Assembly (NCBI GenBank): GCA_045539475.1
Contig: JAZQFJ010000097.1
Coordinates: 343 to 64,342, forward strand
Direction: 5' to 3'
DNA: 64,000 nt
DNA from: Eubacteriales bacterium
GTDB taxonomy: Bacteria; Bacillota; Clostridia; Oscillospirales; JAAYXM01
A program made the translations under genes and the position numbers. A model generated the notes under the pieces. It saw nothing but the letters and a program-made list of their open reading frames with translations. It was not told the DNA's origin and did no database searches. This document shows, in pieces, positions 9,651-19,658 of this stretch; within the stretch, counting starts at the first letter, position 1, and each line of letters opens with the position of its first letter.

Positions 9651-11240
9651 GTGAACAATGAAAAAAAGCAAGGCTTTGTAAAGGGCGCTGTCATTCTCGC
9701 CGGTGCCGGAATAGCAGTGAAAATAATCGGAGCGTTTTATAAGATTCCGCTCGGGATAATTCTTGGTCCTTGCGGGATGGCAAATTTTTCGCTTGCGTAT
9801 AATATCTACGCGCTTTTGTTTGTGCTGTCAACAGCGGGAGTACCTGCCGCAGTATCAAAAATGGTTTCGCAAGCACAGGCAAAAGGAAGAAGTGATGATG
9901 CACGGAGAGTATACCGTATAGCCTTTTTTGCGTTTGCCGGTGCGGGAGCTGTCGGCTCACTGTTTTTGTTTTTTTGTGCTGATAGGCTTGCGCTTTTAAT
10001 GGGAAGCGCAGATGCGGCAATGTCCGTGCGTACGATAGCACCGGCTGTGTTCTTCGTGTCGGTCTCCGCGGTGAGCCGTGGATATTTTCAGGGAAAGGCG
10101 AATATGTATCCAACTGCAATCTCTGAAGTGATTGAGGCGGCGGGGAAGCTTGTTTCCGGCATAGGTCTTGCATGGATAATAAAGAGCCTCGGAATGAACG
10201 AGGCATTTGTATCGGCAGGTGCTGTGGCGGGTGTCAGCGTAGGTGCATTTCTGTCGGCAGCATATTTTGTTTTCCGGCGTGATAAGAGACAAGAGCTGCC
10301 GCACGGCGGAAGGCTTCGGAGTAAGCGCGGTATTTTGCGCGAGCTTGCATCTCTTGCAATTCCGATTACTGCGGGTGCTGCGGTGATAAGCCTTACTAAT
10401 GTTATTGACAGTGCGCTTGTTATGAATCTGCTTGCGAAAAACGGTTTTGCCGGCGAGCGTGCGAAGTGGCTTTATGGAGCATATAACTATGCAGCAACGC
10501 TGTTCAATCTTCCGTCTGCGCTTGTGACCACCCTCGCGGTGTCGCTTATTCCGGCAATTGCATCTGCTTATGCGGAAAAGAATTATATTCTGGCAGACAG
10601 GACGGCAAACTCTGCGATGAGCATTGCAATGATGGTTGCCGTTCCTTCGGCATTCGGACTTGCGGCACTCGCTTATGGGATCGTTGATCTTCTTTACGGC
10701 GTGGGGATCACTGCAGAATGTATTGCCGTTTCTGCAAGGCTTCTGACGCAGCTTGCGTACGCAATTCCGCTTCTTGCAATAGTCACTGTAACCAATGCAA
10801 TTCATCAGGCTTTGGGACATCAGAATGTGCCGGTTGTGTCGATGGCAGCTGGTGCCACAGTAAAAGTGATTACAAATTTAATTCTTGTCGGACTCGCGGA
10901 TATAAACATATACGGCGCTGCGGTAAGCACTGTTTTTTGCTATGCTGCAATCGCGGTTTTGAATATCGTTGCTTTAAAAAAATATCCGTTTATTGAGATG
11001 AGTATCTCTAAGATTTTCATAAAACCGGCTCTTTGCGGCATAGCTGTTTTTGTAACTGCAAGCCGGGTGTATATCCGTTTGAGTTCTTTGATTGATGGTA
11101 GAATTTCGACAATTTTGTCTGTTTTTGCAGGAATTGCGGTGTATATATTCTGCGTTTTCTGTGTCGGGGCGGTAAGCAAAGAAGAGAAAAAACTCGTTTT
11201 TGGAGAGAAAAACATATCTAAATTTTTTAATAATGATTGA
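9651..11240 (+). CDS. SpoVB/YabM-family polysaccharide transporter (MOP superfamily)
   Basis: Many TM helices, RGYFQG motif; position before mazG/hup/yabO matches yabM. Confidence 0.85.
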   Translation: MNNEKKQGFVKGAVILAGAGIAVKIIGAFYKIPLGIILGPCGMANFSLAYNIYALLFVLSTAGVPAAVSKMVSQAQAKGRSDDARRVYRIAFFAFAGAGAVGSLFLFFCADRLALLMGSADAAMSVRTIAPAVFFVSVSAVSRGYFQGKANMYPTAISEVIEAAGKLVSGIGLAWIIKSLGMNEAFVSAGAVAGVSVGAFLSAAYFVFRRDKRQELPHGGRLRSKRGILRELASLAIPITAGAAVISLTNVIDSALVMNLLAKNGFAGERAKWLYGAYNYAATLFNLPSALVTTLAVSLIPAIASAYAEKNYILADRTANSAMSIAMMVAVPSAFGLAALAYGIVDLLYGVGITAECIAVSARLLTQLAYAIPLLAIVTVTNAIHQALGHQNVPVVSMAAGATVKVITNLILVGLADINIYGAAVSTVFCYAAIAVLNIVALKKYPFIEMSISKIFIKPALCGIAVFVTASRVYIRLSSLIDGRISTILSVFAGIAVYIFCVFCVGAVSKEEKKLVFGEKNISKFFNND

Positions 11241-11285
11241 AAAATTTAGGTATTTGAAAAAAATACTTGCAGGAGAGCGATAAAT

Positions 11286-12014
11286 ATGATAAATTTTTTA
11301 AGGAAAGAAAAATACGGCTTTGAGGATCTGGTGGAAATCACAAAGATTCTCCGCTCGGATGAAGGCTGCCCGTGGGACCGCGAGCAAGACCACAAAAGCA
11401 TCCGTATGAATTTCGTCGAGGAAACTTATGAGGCATGCGAGGCTATCGACAATGACGATCCCGTTCTGCTACTGGAGGAACTCGGCGATGTTCTCGCGCA
11501 AGTCGTTTTTCACGCAGAGCTTGAAACTGAGGCCGGGCGGTTTGATATATCAGATGTTGCTGACGGTGTTTGCAAAAAGTTTATTGAGCGCCATCCTCAC
11601 GTGTTCGGCGATATACAGGCAGATACTGCGGCGCAGGTGCTGAAAAACTGGGATGACATTAAGCGTCGGGAAAAAAAGCAGAAGACTCATTTCTCGGCAA
11701 TGGATTCCGTGGCGAGAAGCCTTCCGTCGCTTATGCGCGCGGAGAAGCTTCAGAGCAAGGCAAAAAAGGCAGGGCTTCCGCAAAAGAGCATTTCCGAGCT
11801 TTCGGAGAAAATCTCAAAAGAGCTTGCGCGTGGAGAAAGAATGGATATCGGAACCGTACTTATGGATGTTGTCCGGGTATCGCGCCTTCTCGGTGTAAAT
11901 CCGGAAGAAGCACTTGACCGCCGCAACGAACAGTTTCTTTCTGCTTTTAAAGCGCTTGAAAATGAAGATGGCGATATTGCCGTTCTTCTTGCGCAAAATG
12001 AGGACAGGCTTTGA
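11286..12014 (+). CDS. mazG: MazG nucleoside triphosphate pyrophosphohydrolase (YabN-like, without N-terminal methyltransferase)
   Basis: GCPWDREQ, EETYE, EELGD, RHPHVF. Confidence 0.9.
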   Translation: MINFLRKEKYGFEDLVEITKILRSDEGCPWDREQDHKSIRMNFVEETYEACEAIDNDDPVLLLEELGDVLAQVVFHAELETEAGRFDISDVADGVCKKFIERHPHVFGDIQADTAAQVLKNWDDIKRREKKQKTHFSAMDSVARSLPSLMRAEKLQSKAKKAGLPQKSISELSEKISKELARGERMDIGTVLMDVVRVSRLLGVNPEEALDRRNEQFLSAFKALENEDGDIAVLLAQNEDRL

Positions 12015-12089
12015 TTTTTATGTACGACTAAACGGTGGGGATGACAGTTCACGCCTTTTAGATATAAATTAAGATAGGAGGCAAAACAG

Positions 12090-12365
12090 ATGAACAAGAC
12101 AGAATTGGTAAATGCAGTTGCTGAGAAGGCAGGTCTTTCCAAGAAGGACGCAGAGAAGGTTATCAACGCTACAGTTGATTCCATCACAGCAGCACTCGTA
12201 GCTGGCGATAAGGTTCAGCTCGTAGGTTTCGGTGCATTTGAGGTTAAGACTCGTGCAGCTCGTCAGGGCCGCAATCCGCGCACAAAAGAAACCATTACCA
12301 TTCCGGCTTCCAAGAGCCCGGTATTCAAGGCAGGCAAGGCTCTTAAGGACGCTGTTTCGAAGTAA
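12090..12365 (+). CDS. hup: Histone-like DNA-binding protein HU
   Basis: MNKTEL...GFGAFEV...GRNPRT...FKAGKALK. Confidence 0.97.
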   Translation: MNKTELVNAVAEKAGLSKKDAEKVINATVDSITAALVAGDKVQLVGFGAFEVKTRAARQGRNPRTKETITIPASKSPVFKAGKALKDAVSK

Positions 12366-12384
12366 GAAACACTTCGGCGACTTT

Positions 12385-12414
12385 ATCGGGGCAGGAGAGC
12401 TCCTGCCCCGATTT
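12385..12414 (+). terminator. Rho-independent terminator after hup
   Basis: atcggggcagga-gagc-tcctgccccgat perfect 12-bp stem. Confidence 0.7.
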
Positions 12415-12466
12415 GGCAACCGCTAAATCTGATCATAGGCGAAATGAAGGTTGTAAGAATTACGCT

Positions 12467-12709
12467 ATGAGAATTGATAAGTATCTCAAGGTTTCACGAC
12501 TTATAAAAAGAAGAACAGTTGCAAATGAAGCATGCGACAACGGCAGAGTCTCGGTAAACGGAAAACCGGTTAAGGCGTCTTATGACGTTAAGGTTTCTGA
12601 TATTATTGAGATTTCTTTTGGTACACGCACACTTAAAATCCGTGTGCTTGCCATTTCTGAGCATATGAACAAGGACGAGGCGCACACTATGTATGAAGAA
12701 GTGCGCTGA
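12467..12709 (+). CDS. yabO: S4-domain RNA-binding protein YabO/RqcP
   Basis: MRIDKYLKVSRLIKRRTVANEAC; synteny hup-yabO-yabP. Confidence 0.92.
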   Translation: MRIDKYLKVSRLIKRRTVANEACDNGRVSVNGKPVKASYDVKVSDIIEISFGTRTLKIRVLAISEHMNKDEAHTMYEEVR

Positions 12710-12777
12710 TTTTTGATTTTGAGAATAAAACTGTGCATCGCCCAATATACTTTACTAAAAAGTATGGAGGTGCGCAT

Positions 12778-13062
12778 ATGCAGTTTGACGATAAAAATGC
12801 TTTACGCGATGTTCCGCAGAACATCATCATTGAAAACAGGTCGCGGATGAGTGTTTCCGGGGTTTCGGATGTTGAAAACTTTGATGAAAATTCCGTTGTG
12901 CTATACACAAACCGCGGATTGCTTACCGTAAAAGGTATGGGGTTACATATAGAACGGCTAAGCCTTGAAACAGGCGAGCTTGCTCTTGAAGGAACCATTG
13001 ACGGCGTTGAGTACAGCGAGGCTGAGCCGGGCGGTGGCTTTTGGTCGCGTCTTTTCAGGTAA
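12778..13062 (+). CDS. yabP: Sporulation protein YabP
   Basis: IENR...SGVSDVENFDE...GFWSRLF; GGAGG RBS. Confidence 0.9.
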   Translation: MQFDDKNALRDVPQNIIIENRSRMSVSGVSDVENFDENSVVLYTNRGLLTVKGMGLHIERLSLETGELALEGTIDGVEYSEAEPGGGFWSRLFR

Positions 13063-13068
13063 GCTGCC

Positions 13069-13572
13069 GTGATAAATTCAGTTTCTGCACAAACGGTAGA
13101 GTTTTTATTCTCTGCGCTTTTGGGGATTTACCTCGGTGTTTTGTTTGATGTTATACGTACTGTCCGTGCGTATATGCCGAAAAAACGCGTGATAACAGCG
13201 ATATTTGACGTATTGTTCTGGTTGATTGCAGTTATATCCCTTCTCGGATTTGTTATGACGGTTTCCGGAGGAAAAATGCGTTGGTATGTACTTGCGGGGG
13301 CATTTTGCGGCGGATTCGTATATATGGCGGCACTGAGCGAAATTATATATAAGATATTCGTTTCTGCCGTGGCTGTGTCAAAAAAGGTTCTCAGGCTTAC
13401 TACGCGGCCGATATATCTGCTTCTCGGTTATATCTGGAGAAGTGCGAAGAAAACGGAACGAAAAACAGAGGCGCGTTTGCGCGAAGAAATAAGAAAAAGA
13501 AGAATGGAAAAAAGAAAGGCGGTTTGTGATGGCAGCAAAAAAAAGAAAAAAAAGAACAGGGCTGTTTCCTAA
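13069..13572 (+). CDS. yabQ: Spore cortex biosynthesis protein YabQ
   Basis: TM protein with FDVIR, DVLFW, GKMRWY; follows yabP. Confidence 0.85.
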   Translation: MINSVSAQTVEFLFSALLGIYLGVLFDVIRTVRAYMPKKRVITAIFDVLFWLIAVISLLGFVMTVSGGKMRWYVLAGAFCGGFVYMAALSEIIYKIFVSAVAVSKKVLRLTTRPIYLLLGYIWRSAKKTERKTEARLREEIRKRRMEKRKAVCDGSKKKKKKNRAVS

Positions 13573-13819
13573 GCTGCTCCTTTTTGTGTTTGTGGTTTAC
13601 GCTGCTGGGATTCTTATATCCAATCAGATAAAGATAAACCGGCTTGAGAGTGATACAAGTGCTCTTGATGAGCTTATAGCTACGGAATCAATGAAAAAAG
13701 CTCAGCTCGAGCAGATTCTCAGCGCTGAAATAGATGACGATTATGTTACGAAAGAAGCGCAGAGCCAGGGCTACGCCGCGCCGAATGAGCGCGTTTTTGT
13801 AGATGTTTCGGGAAGCTGA
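13529..13819 (+). CDS. divIC: Septum formation initiator DivIC/FtsB family
   Basis: Basic N-terminus, one TM, coiled coil, GYAAPNERVF; synteny. Confidence 0.8.
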   Translation: MAAKKRKKRTGLFPKLLLFVFVVYAAGILISNQIKINRLESDTSALDELIATESMKKAQLEQILSAEIDDDYVTKEAQSQGYAAPNERVFVDVSGS

Positions 13820-13867
13820 TAAAAAGAAAGGCTTTCTAAAAATACAAAGGAGGACGCAGTACGGAGT

Positions 13868-14275
13868 ATGGGACTCGAAGTAGGTACTATTTGTAACGGA
13901 AAGGTCACATCTATCGCGAAATACGGAGCGTTTGTCTCGCTTGAAGAGGGAAAGAGCGGGATGGTACATATTTCCGAAATTTCGCACACTTATGTAAATG
14001 ACATAAGTGAACATCTGAAGGTTGGTCAGGAAGTAAAGGTAAAGGTAATCGGTATTGATGAGAACAAGCGCATAAGCTTGTCGATAAGAAAAGCCGAGCC
14101 GAAGCCTGAAAGACCTGCGCAAAGCTTCCAACCGAGGAGCAATCCTGCGCGTGAGCAGTCGGAAATGTCGTTTGAGGATAAGCTCAAGCAGTTTATGCAG
14201 GACAGCGACAGCAAGATTTCCGGGATTAAGCAGTATTCAGACAGAAAAGCGGCAAGCAGACGTCCGCGCAGATAA
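13868..14275 (+). CDS. yabR: S1 RNA-binding domain protein (YabR)
   Basis: YGAFV, GMVHISEI, SFEDKLKQF. Confidence 0.88.
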   Translation: MGLEVGTICNGKVTSIAKYGAFVSLEEGKSGMVHISEISHTYVNDISEHLKVGQEVKVKVIGIDENKRISLSIRKAEPKPERPAQSFQPRSNPAREQSEMSFEDKLKQFMQDSDSKISGIKQYSDRKAASRRPRR

Positions 14276-14290
14276 CCAATGCACTAAAGT

Positions 14291-14345
14291 CCGGGCAGGA
14301 CTGCAACAAAATGTAGATTGTTGCAGTCTTGCCCGGTATTTTTTC
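14291..14345 (+). terminator. Rho-independent terminator
   Basis: 19-bp stem ccgggcaggactgcaacaa/ttgttgcagtcttgcccgg (one G-U pair) followed by T-tract. Confidence 0.75.
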
Positions 14346-14395
14346 GCGAACTTTTTAATATAATTAAGTGTCAACAAAAAAGGAGATACTTAAAA

Positions 14396-15541
14396 ATGAG
14401 AAAGAGAAGAAAAAAACGAGGTTTATTGCTTCTTGCGACGGTGTTTATGCTCAGTGCCGCAGCGATACGCCTGCTGTCATCAAGCGGCGCGGAAAGATAT
14501 ATAAAAGAAAAGCTTGTTCACTTGCTGTCTGATGAAGAATTTGTAAGGTATGCAATGTCGGGGCAAACACCGCTTATCCACAGTGACGGAGAGAAAAAAG
14601 TTTTGCGTGCCTTTGCTTCTCAACTGCCGTATACGGATGATAAGGGGGAAAACGCGCCGGAGCCGGAGCTTGAGCAAGCGGAGGCAAGACAAGAAAAAAA
14701 GGAAAGCCTCACGGTGTGGGAATATACCCCGGGCGGTGAGAAAAAGGAGAAGACATATCCGATAGAAAATACAACCATAAGTCCGAAATCCGATAAAGGA
14801 TATGTGCATCACGAAAGCATATGGGTAAAGAATGACAGCACAAAGGGAATTGATCTTAAATGGTTGCTTTCTGCAAAGCTTCCGTTCAAGCTTACGGGAA
14901 GCGGCCCGCATGTGCTTATAGTGCACACTCACGGAAGCGAGAGCTATCTCCCGCAAGGCAGGGACACATATACCCTTACGGACGTGGAGCGCACATCGGA
15001 TAAAAAATACAATGTTATACGCGTCGGGGACGAGCTTGAAGCGGCATTAAAGGCAGAGGGGATATCTGTTGTGCATGACCGTAATATTTACGACAGTCCG
15101 TCGTATAACGGCTCATACACACGTACTCTTGAAAGCATAGGCGCACATTTAAAGAAAAATCCGTCAATCAAGGTTGTGATAGACGTTCACCGCGATGCAA
15201 TGACGGCAAACGACGGAACAAAATACAGAACGGTGGCCGAGGTGAACGGTCAGCGCGTAGCTCAGATGATGCTCGTTATGTCTACCGGCGAGAGCGGATT
15301 GCCGCATCCGGATTGGGCGGAGAATTTAAAGCTTGCGGTTAAGCTTCAGAATGCAATGGCAAGTAAATACCCGGATATAATGCGCCCGATAAATCTGCGC
15401 AAGGAGCGTTTTAATATGCACGCGACGAAGGGGTCTATGCTCGTTGAAGTGGGAACAAGCGCAAATTCGCTCTCAGAAGCGATTGCATCCGTAAAGCTTT
15501 TGGGAAAAGAACTTGCAGGAATACTGAAAACAGCAAAATAA
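14396..15541 (+). CDS. spoIIP: Stage II sporulation protein P (cell wall hydrolase)
   Basis: N-terminal TM; HTHGSESY, DVHRD, RFNMH, LVEVG motifs. Confidence 0.9.
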   Translation: MRKRRKKRGLLLLATVFMLSAAAIRLLSSSGAERYIKEKLVHLLSDEEFVRYAMSGQTPLIHSDGEKKVLRAFASQLPYTDDKGENAPEPELEQAEARQEKKESLTVWEYTPGGEKKEKTYPIENTTISPKSDKGYVHHESIWVKNDSTKGIDLKWLLSAKLPFKLTGSGPHVLIVHTHGSESYLPQGRDTYTLTDVERTSDKKYNVIRVGDELEAALKAEGISVVHDRNIYDSPSYNGSYTRTLESIGAHLKKNPSIKVVIDVHRDAMTANDGTKYRTVAEVNGQRVAQMMLVMSTGESGLPHPDWAENLKLAVKLQNAMASKYPDIMRPINLRKERFNMHATKGSMLVEVGTSANSLSEAIASVKLLGKELAGILKTAK

Positions 15542-15574
15542 GGTGTGGTGATTTTAGCTCACCACACCTTATTT
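15536..15574. terminator. Bidirectional terminator between spoIIP and mnmE
   Basis: aaataaggtgtggtga/tcaccacaccttattt 16-bp inverted repeat between convergent genes. Confidence 0.8.
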
Positions 15575-15581
15575 AAGTTAA

Positions 15582-16925
15582 TTACTTCCCGACGCAGAAG
15601 CGGCTGAAAATTTCGTTGATTATCGTATCCTGCGCAGAATTGCCGGTTATTTCGCCGAGAATGTTTATTGCAGCCTCAATATCGCTGACGGCAAGATCAG
15701 CGTAAATCCCGCCGGCAAATGCGTCTGCGGCGGCGCGTATGCGGTCTTCCGCACGGTTAAGCGTTGATGCGTGGCGGGGATTGGTAAGCGTTCTCCCGTC
15801 ACAGGGAATATCTGAAACGTTAAAAATTTCGCATATCTTGTCAACAACGGCGCGTGTTCCGGTGTTCAGCTTTGCGGATATTTCGATAACCGGAAGGTCA
15901 CCGAAAACGCTCTTGTCGATAACCGTGCCGAGATCGTTCTTGTTCATAACGCAAAGGCTTCTCGCGCCCTTTGCAAGGTCGAGTGTCTGCATATCATATT
16001 CATCAAGAGGTGAGCTTCCGTCAAATACCGCAACCACGATATCGGCATCGCGTGCCGCCGCTTCGCTTCGTTTGATACCAAGGCGTTCAGGTTCGGTGTC
16101 GGCGTTGCGGAGTCCCGCGGTGTCAATAAGATGAAGCGCAATGTTTCCTGCACGCAGGGATTCCTCAACCGTATCGCGCGTTGTTCCCTCTATATCGGTA
16201 ACAATGCTTCGCTCTGTGCCGAGCAGTGCATTCAGAAGTGAGGATTTTCCGACATTCGGCCGTCCGATAAGCGCAACGCGGATTCCCTCGCGGAAAATCC
16301 TGCCTGAGGAATATGTTCCGGCAAGAGCTTTTGCGCTGTCAGCGCAGGAGTATAGCTTTGCGGCAAGCTCATCGCGCTCTGTCTGTTCAATTTCGTCATC
16401 GGGATAATCCACAAACGCGTAAAACTCCGCAGCTATGGAAGTGAGAGAGGACGAAATTGCGGAAATTTCGCAGCCTAACCGTCCGTTCATCTGCTCGGCG
16501 GCATTCTTTGCGGCAAGCTCGGTTTCCGAGTCGATAAGGTCAATTACAGCCTCTGCCTGAGTTAAGTCCATTTTTCCGTTTAAGAATGCCCGGCGGGTAA
16601 ACTCACCTGCAGCTGCGGGGCGCGCACCGGCGTGAAAGAGGGAGGAGAGAACGGTTCTCAGAACGGCGGTTGAGCCGTGGCAGTAAAGCTCGGCAGAGTC
16701 CTCTCCGGTAAAGCTTGCGGGGGCTTTGAAAAATACGCCCATGCCGTAGTCGCAGACCTCGCCGCTTTCCGAAAGCATTTTCCCTGTTACCATTTTGCGC
16801 GGTTCGGAAATATCGCCGGAAAAGACTTTTTTTGTAATCTCAAAGGCGTTATCGCCTGAGATGCGTATTATGCCTATTGCACTTTTGGAAGGCGGGGTTG
16901 CAACCGCCGCAATTGTATCGCTCAT
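15582..16925 (-). CDS. mnmE: tRNA modification GTPase MnmE
   Basis: DTIAAVATP, GRPNVGKSSL, GTTRD, DTAG, NKND, FCVGK C-terminus. Confidence 0.96.
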   Translation of the reverse strand: MSDTIAAVATPPSKSAIGIIRISGDNAFEITKKVFSGDISEPRKMVTGKMLSESGEVCDYGMGVFFKAPASFTGEDSAELYCHGSTAVLRTVLSSLFHAGARPAAAGEFTRRAFLNGKMDLTQAEAVIDLIDSETELAAKNAAEQMNGRLGCEISAISSSLTSIAAEFYAFVDYPDDEIEQTERDELAAKLYSCADSAKALAGTYSSGRIFREGIRVALIGRPNVGKSSLLNALLGTERSIVTDIEGTTRDTVEESLRAGNIALHLIDTAGLRNADTEPERLGIKRSEAAARDADIVVAVFDGSSPLDEYDMQTLDLAKGARSLCVMNKNDLGTVIDKSVFGDLPVIEISAKLNTGTRAVVDKICEIFNVSDIPCDGRTLTNPRHASTLNRAEDRIRAAADAFAGGIYADLAVSDIEAAINILGEITGNSAQDTIINEIFSRFCVGK

Positions 16926-16983
16926 AAATAAGATAACCGCGCGCGTTATCAGCACGGTTTTCTCCTTTCAGATAAGTTTGATG

Positions 16984-17733
16984 TCAATTTCGTCTTGCAA
17001 CATAGAAAATGCGTTGCTCATCATCAGCGGGGGGATTTTCGGAAAGCTCTCCGAAAACAGCGAGAAGGGAAAATTCCGCATTTTCAAGCGCGTTTTTTAT
17101 CTCATCGTATGAATGGGCACGCTCTGTGTGTTCCTCTTGTTCTCTTGACCACAGCTCGCCGCAGTTTTTGAATATATCATAAAAAAACGTGCACAGCTGC
17201 GAGTCTTTATCATACTCCGCGCTCCATGTGCAGAAGAAATCCTCGCTTTCGCGAAGAAACACTGAGCCGTCAAGATTTCGGAATTTTTCATCGGTATTCA
17301 CATCGAATATAAAAAGCCCGCCGGGACGGATAAAAAACTTGAGTCGAGCAAAAGCTTGATTAAGAAGCTCATAGCTTGTGAGATAATTTATGCTGTCAAG
17401 GCAACACACCGCGGCATCAACGGTGCCGTAAAGGTCAAGCTCTTCCATGCTCTGGTGCAGAAACATTGGCGGAGTTCCGGAAACTGTCCACGCCTTTGCC
17501 TGAGCTTCAGCGAGCATATCCTCAGAGGCGTCCGTGCCGATGACCTCAAACCCACGCTCGACTAAAATTACCGAGAGAGAGCCTGTGCCGCAGGCAAGAT
17601 CAAGAACGTCGTGTACTCCGTCTTTGTCGGAATATTTATCAAAAAGACCGGTGAGATAGTCTGCCCATAGCGAATAGCGGACATCGCCGGTAAACTCATC
17701 GTAGCATTCTGCGAGTGAAGTGTAGCTGCTCAT
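16984..17733 (-). CDS. Class I SAM-dependent methyltransferase
   Basis: VLDLACGTG, DSINY, GGLFIFD. Confidence 0.9.
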   Translation of the reverse strand: MSSYTSLAECYDEFTGDVRYSLWADYLTGLFDKYSDKDGVHDVLDLACGTGSLSVILVERGFEVIGTDASEDMLAEAQAKAWTVSGTPPMFLHQSMEELDLYGTVDAAVCCLDSINYLTSYELLNQAFARLKFFIRPGGLFIFDVNTDEKFRNLDGSVFLRESEDFFCTWSAEYDKDSQLCTFFYDIFKNCGELWSREQEEHTERAHSYDEIKNALENAEFSLLAVFGELSENPPADDEQRIFYVARRN

Positions 17734-18473
17734 AACTTTTCCTCCGGTTGGGATGATTGTATATTTGTTTTTGCCATTTTACGCTGTTTATATTGCAGCT
17801 TGCTGAGCAATGTAAAGTATCCGATAAGGGTTACGGCAAAAGCACCTATGGCATCGATTATGATATCCTTCATAGTATCGCCGAGGGCGGCGTGACCGAT
17901 AAGCTCGGTTCCGTCAGAGAGACGGAATTTTTGCATATTCAGACCGAAAATTGCATCGCCGGTAAATTCGTATATTTCCCACAGCGCGCCTACAGCGAGT
18001 GCAAAGCAAAAAGCAAACAAGCATATAAAAAGCGGACTTAAGGTGACGTGTATTTTTTCGGAGTCATTCAGTATTCGCACAAGCGTAAAGCCGAGGGCAC
18101 CGAGCATGGAGCCTGAAAAAGCATGGAGAATGGTATCCCAGTGGGGGATGAGATAATAAAAGTTTCTTACTTCGCCGAGGTATATGGCACAGTACAGGAA
18201 GATAAAATAAAGAATACTCATATAGTTTGGAAGTTCAAACGACCATTTGCGCTCAATAAGCGCAGGAAGACCGATAACAAGAAGACCGAGACAGCATTGG
18301 ATAAGCATAAGAACATAGTCACTGCGCAGATGAGTTCCCACATCCGGAGCAGCAACATGTTCAGGGGTTATTGCAATTTTTATAACAGAATAGCCTATTG
18401 ACAGAAAAAGCGTGATAAAAACAAATATGCCGATACCGCGCTTCCAATTGATTTTATTTTTCATAGCAGTCAT
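17730..18473 (-). CDS. Conserved membrane protein (DUF2238/YjdF-like)
   Basis: Multiple TM segments; WDTILH, WEIYEF, DTMKD motifs. Confidence 0.75.
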   Translation of the reverse strand: MTAMKNKINWKRGIGIFVFITLFLSIGYSVIKIAITPEHVAAPDVGTHLRSDYVLMLIQCCLGLLVIGLPALIERKWSFELPNYMSILYFIFLYCAIYLGEVRNFYYLIPHWDTILHAFSGSMLGALGFTLVRILNDSEKIHVTLSPLFICLFAFCFALAVGALWEIYEFTGDAIFGLNMQKFRLSDGTELIGHAALGDTMKDIIIDAIGAFAVTLIGYFTLLSKLQYKQRKMAKTNIQSSQPEEKL

Positions 18474-18486
18474 CACCTTTATAAAA

Positions 18487-18515
18487 ATTATATATTATCA
18501 GGATAAAATTGTCAA
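18487..18515 (-). promoter_or_regulatory. Sigma-A promoter for membrane protein-methyltransferase-mnmE operon
   Basis: TTGACA-17 nt-TATAAT on minus strand. Confidence 0.75.
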
Positions 18516-18534
18516 TAAATCCCGAAATATATAC

Positions 18535-18563
18535 TTGCACAAATTGCGATATACATATATAAT
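18535..18563 (+). promoter_or_regulatory. Sigma-A promoter for exonuclease gene
   Basis: TTGCAC-17 nt-TATAAT, divergent from the previous promoter. Confidence 0.6.
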
Positions 18564-18568
18564 ATACA

Positions 18569-19579
18569 TTGGATGAAAATAAAGGACGTGGAATTGTATT
18601 GACCTATATAGTAATCGACCTTGAATGGAATCAAGCGAGAAGCAACCGCGATGTCGTTGAAGACAGCGCGGGCAATAAGCTTTACGGGGAGATAATTCAG
18701 ATAGGAGCTGTAAAGCTCGGAGCGGACTTGAGGATTGCGGATGAGCTGAAAATAAATGTGCGCCCGAGGTATTATAAGCTGATTCACAGAAAAGTGCGCC
18801 AGATAACAGGCATAAATCAGGATGATCTTGAAAAAGGAGAAGAGTTCCGGAATGCGATGCAGACTCTTCGTGCATGGTGCGGAGAAGATTTTGCATTCCT
18901 CACATGGGGACCCGATGATATAAGGATTCTCAGACGTAATATAGAAATGTATGGCGATGATTCCTCGTGGGCAGAAACGTGGTTTAATCTTCAGGCGATA
19001 TACAATATCCAGACTCAATCCGGAGATAATCAAAAATCCCTTGCAACTGCGATGGAGCATTTTAGTATCGTGCCCGAAGAACCTCTTCACGATGCTCTCA
19101 ATGACGCTTATTACACGGCGCTCGTTGCCGAGCGGCTTGATATCATACAGGGAATAGCAGATCTTCTTCAGGCAGAGCGCCGGCGCACCGTCCTTGATGA
19201 AACACAGCCGCTTCTTGCAGAAGTGTATTCCGGATATAAGCTGCGCCGTGAGATATTCCGCGACAAAGAGGCAACAAGTGTCCGGTGCCCGGAATGCGGA
19301 AAAGAGTGCTTGGATGTAAAGAAATGGGTGAGCGAAAAAAACGACAGTTATATTACGCTGGCTTCATGTCCGGAGCACGGAGAATATATTGCACGTATGA
19401 CCGTAACGAAGAGCGGAGCTATCAACAATGTGTCAAAGATTGTTTACGCGGCTGGCGGGGGTGCGGCGCTGTTTTATTCAAAGCGAGCAAAGAAGGAAGA
19501 AATGCGGAAAACCCGCAGAAAAAAGAAGGTTAAGAGTGTATCTCCGCGAAAAAAAGCAAATTCTGTTGAAAAAAGTTGA
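18569..19579 (+). CDS. DEDDh 3'-5' exonuclease with C-terminal Cys/His zinc-binding domain
   Basis: IDLEWN, EIIQIGAV, WGPDD, HDALNDA; CPEC...CPEH; start may be TTG 18599. Confidence 0.85.
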   Translation: MDENKGRGIVLTYIVIDLEWNQARSNRDVVEDSAGNKLYGEIIQIGAVKLGADLRIADELKINVRPRYYKLIHRKVRQITGINQDDLEKGEEFRNAMQTLRAWCGEDFAFLTWGPDDIRILRRNIEMYGDDSSWAETWFNLQAIYNIQTQSGDNQKSLATAMEHFSIVPEEPLHDALNDAYYTALVAERLDIIQGIADLLQAERRRTVLDETQPLLAEVYSGYKLRREIFRDKEATSVRCPECGKECLDVKKWVSEKNDSYITLASCPEHGEYIARMTVTKSGAINNVSKIVYAAGGGAALFYSKRAKKEEMRKTRRKKKVKSVSPRKKANSVEKS

Positions 19580-19594
19580 AAAATATGATATAAT
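19566..19594 (+). promoter_or_regulatory. Sigma-A promoter
   Basis: TTGAAA-17 nt-TATAAT with TG extension. Confidence 0.6.
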
Positions 19595-19658
19595 TGGAAG
19601 CGTATTTGTGGGATGAGTATATGCGGTGAAAATTGCAAATTAAGGGGATAAAGTATTT

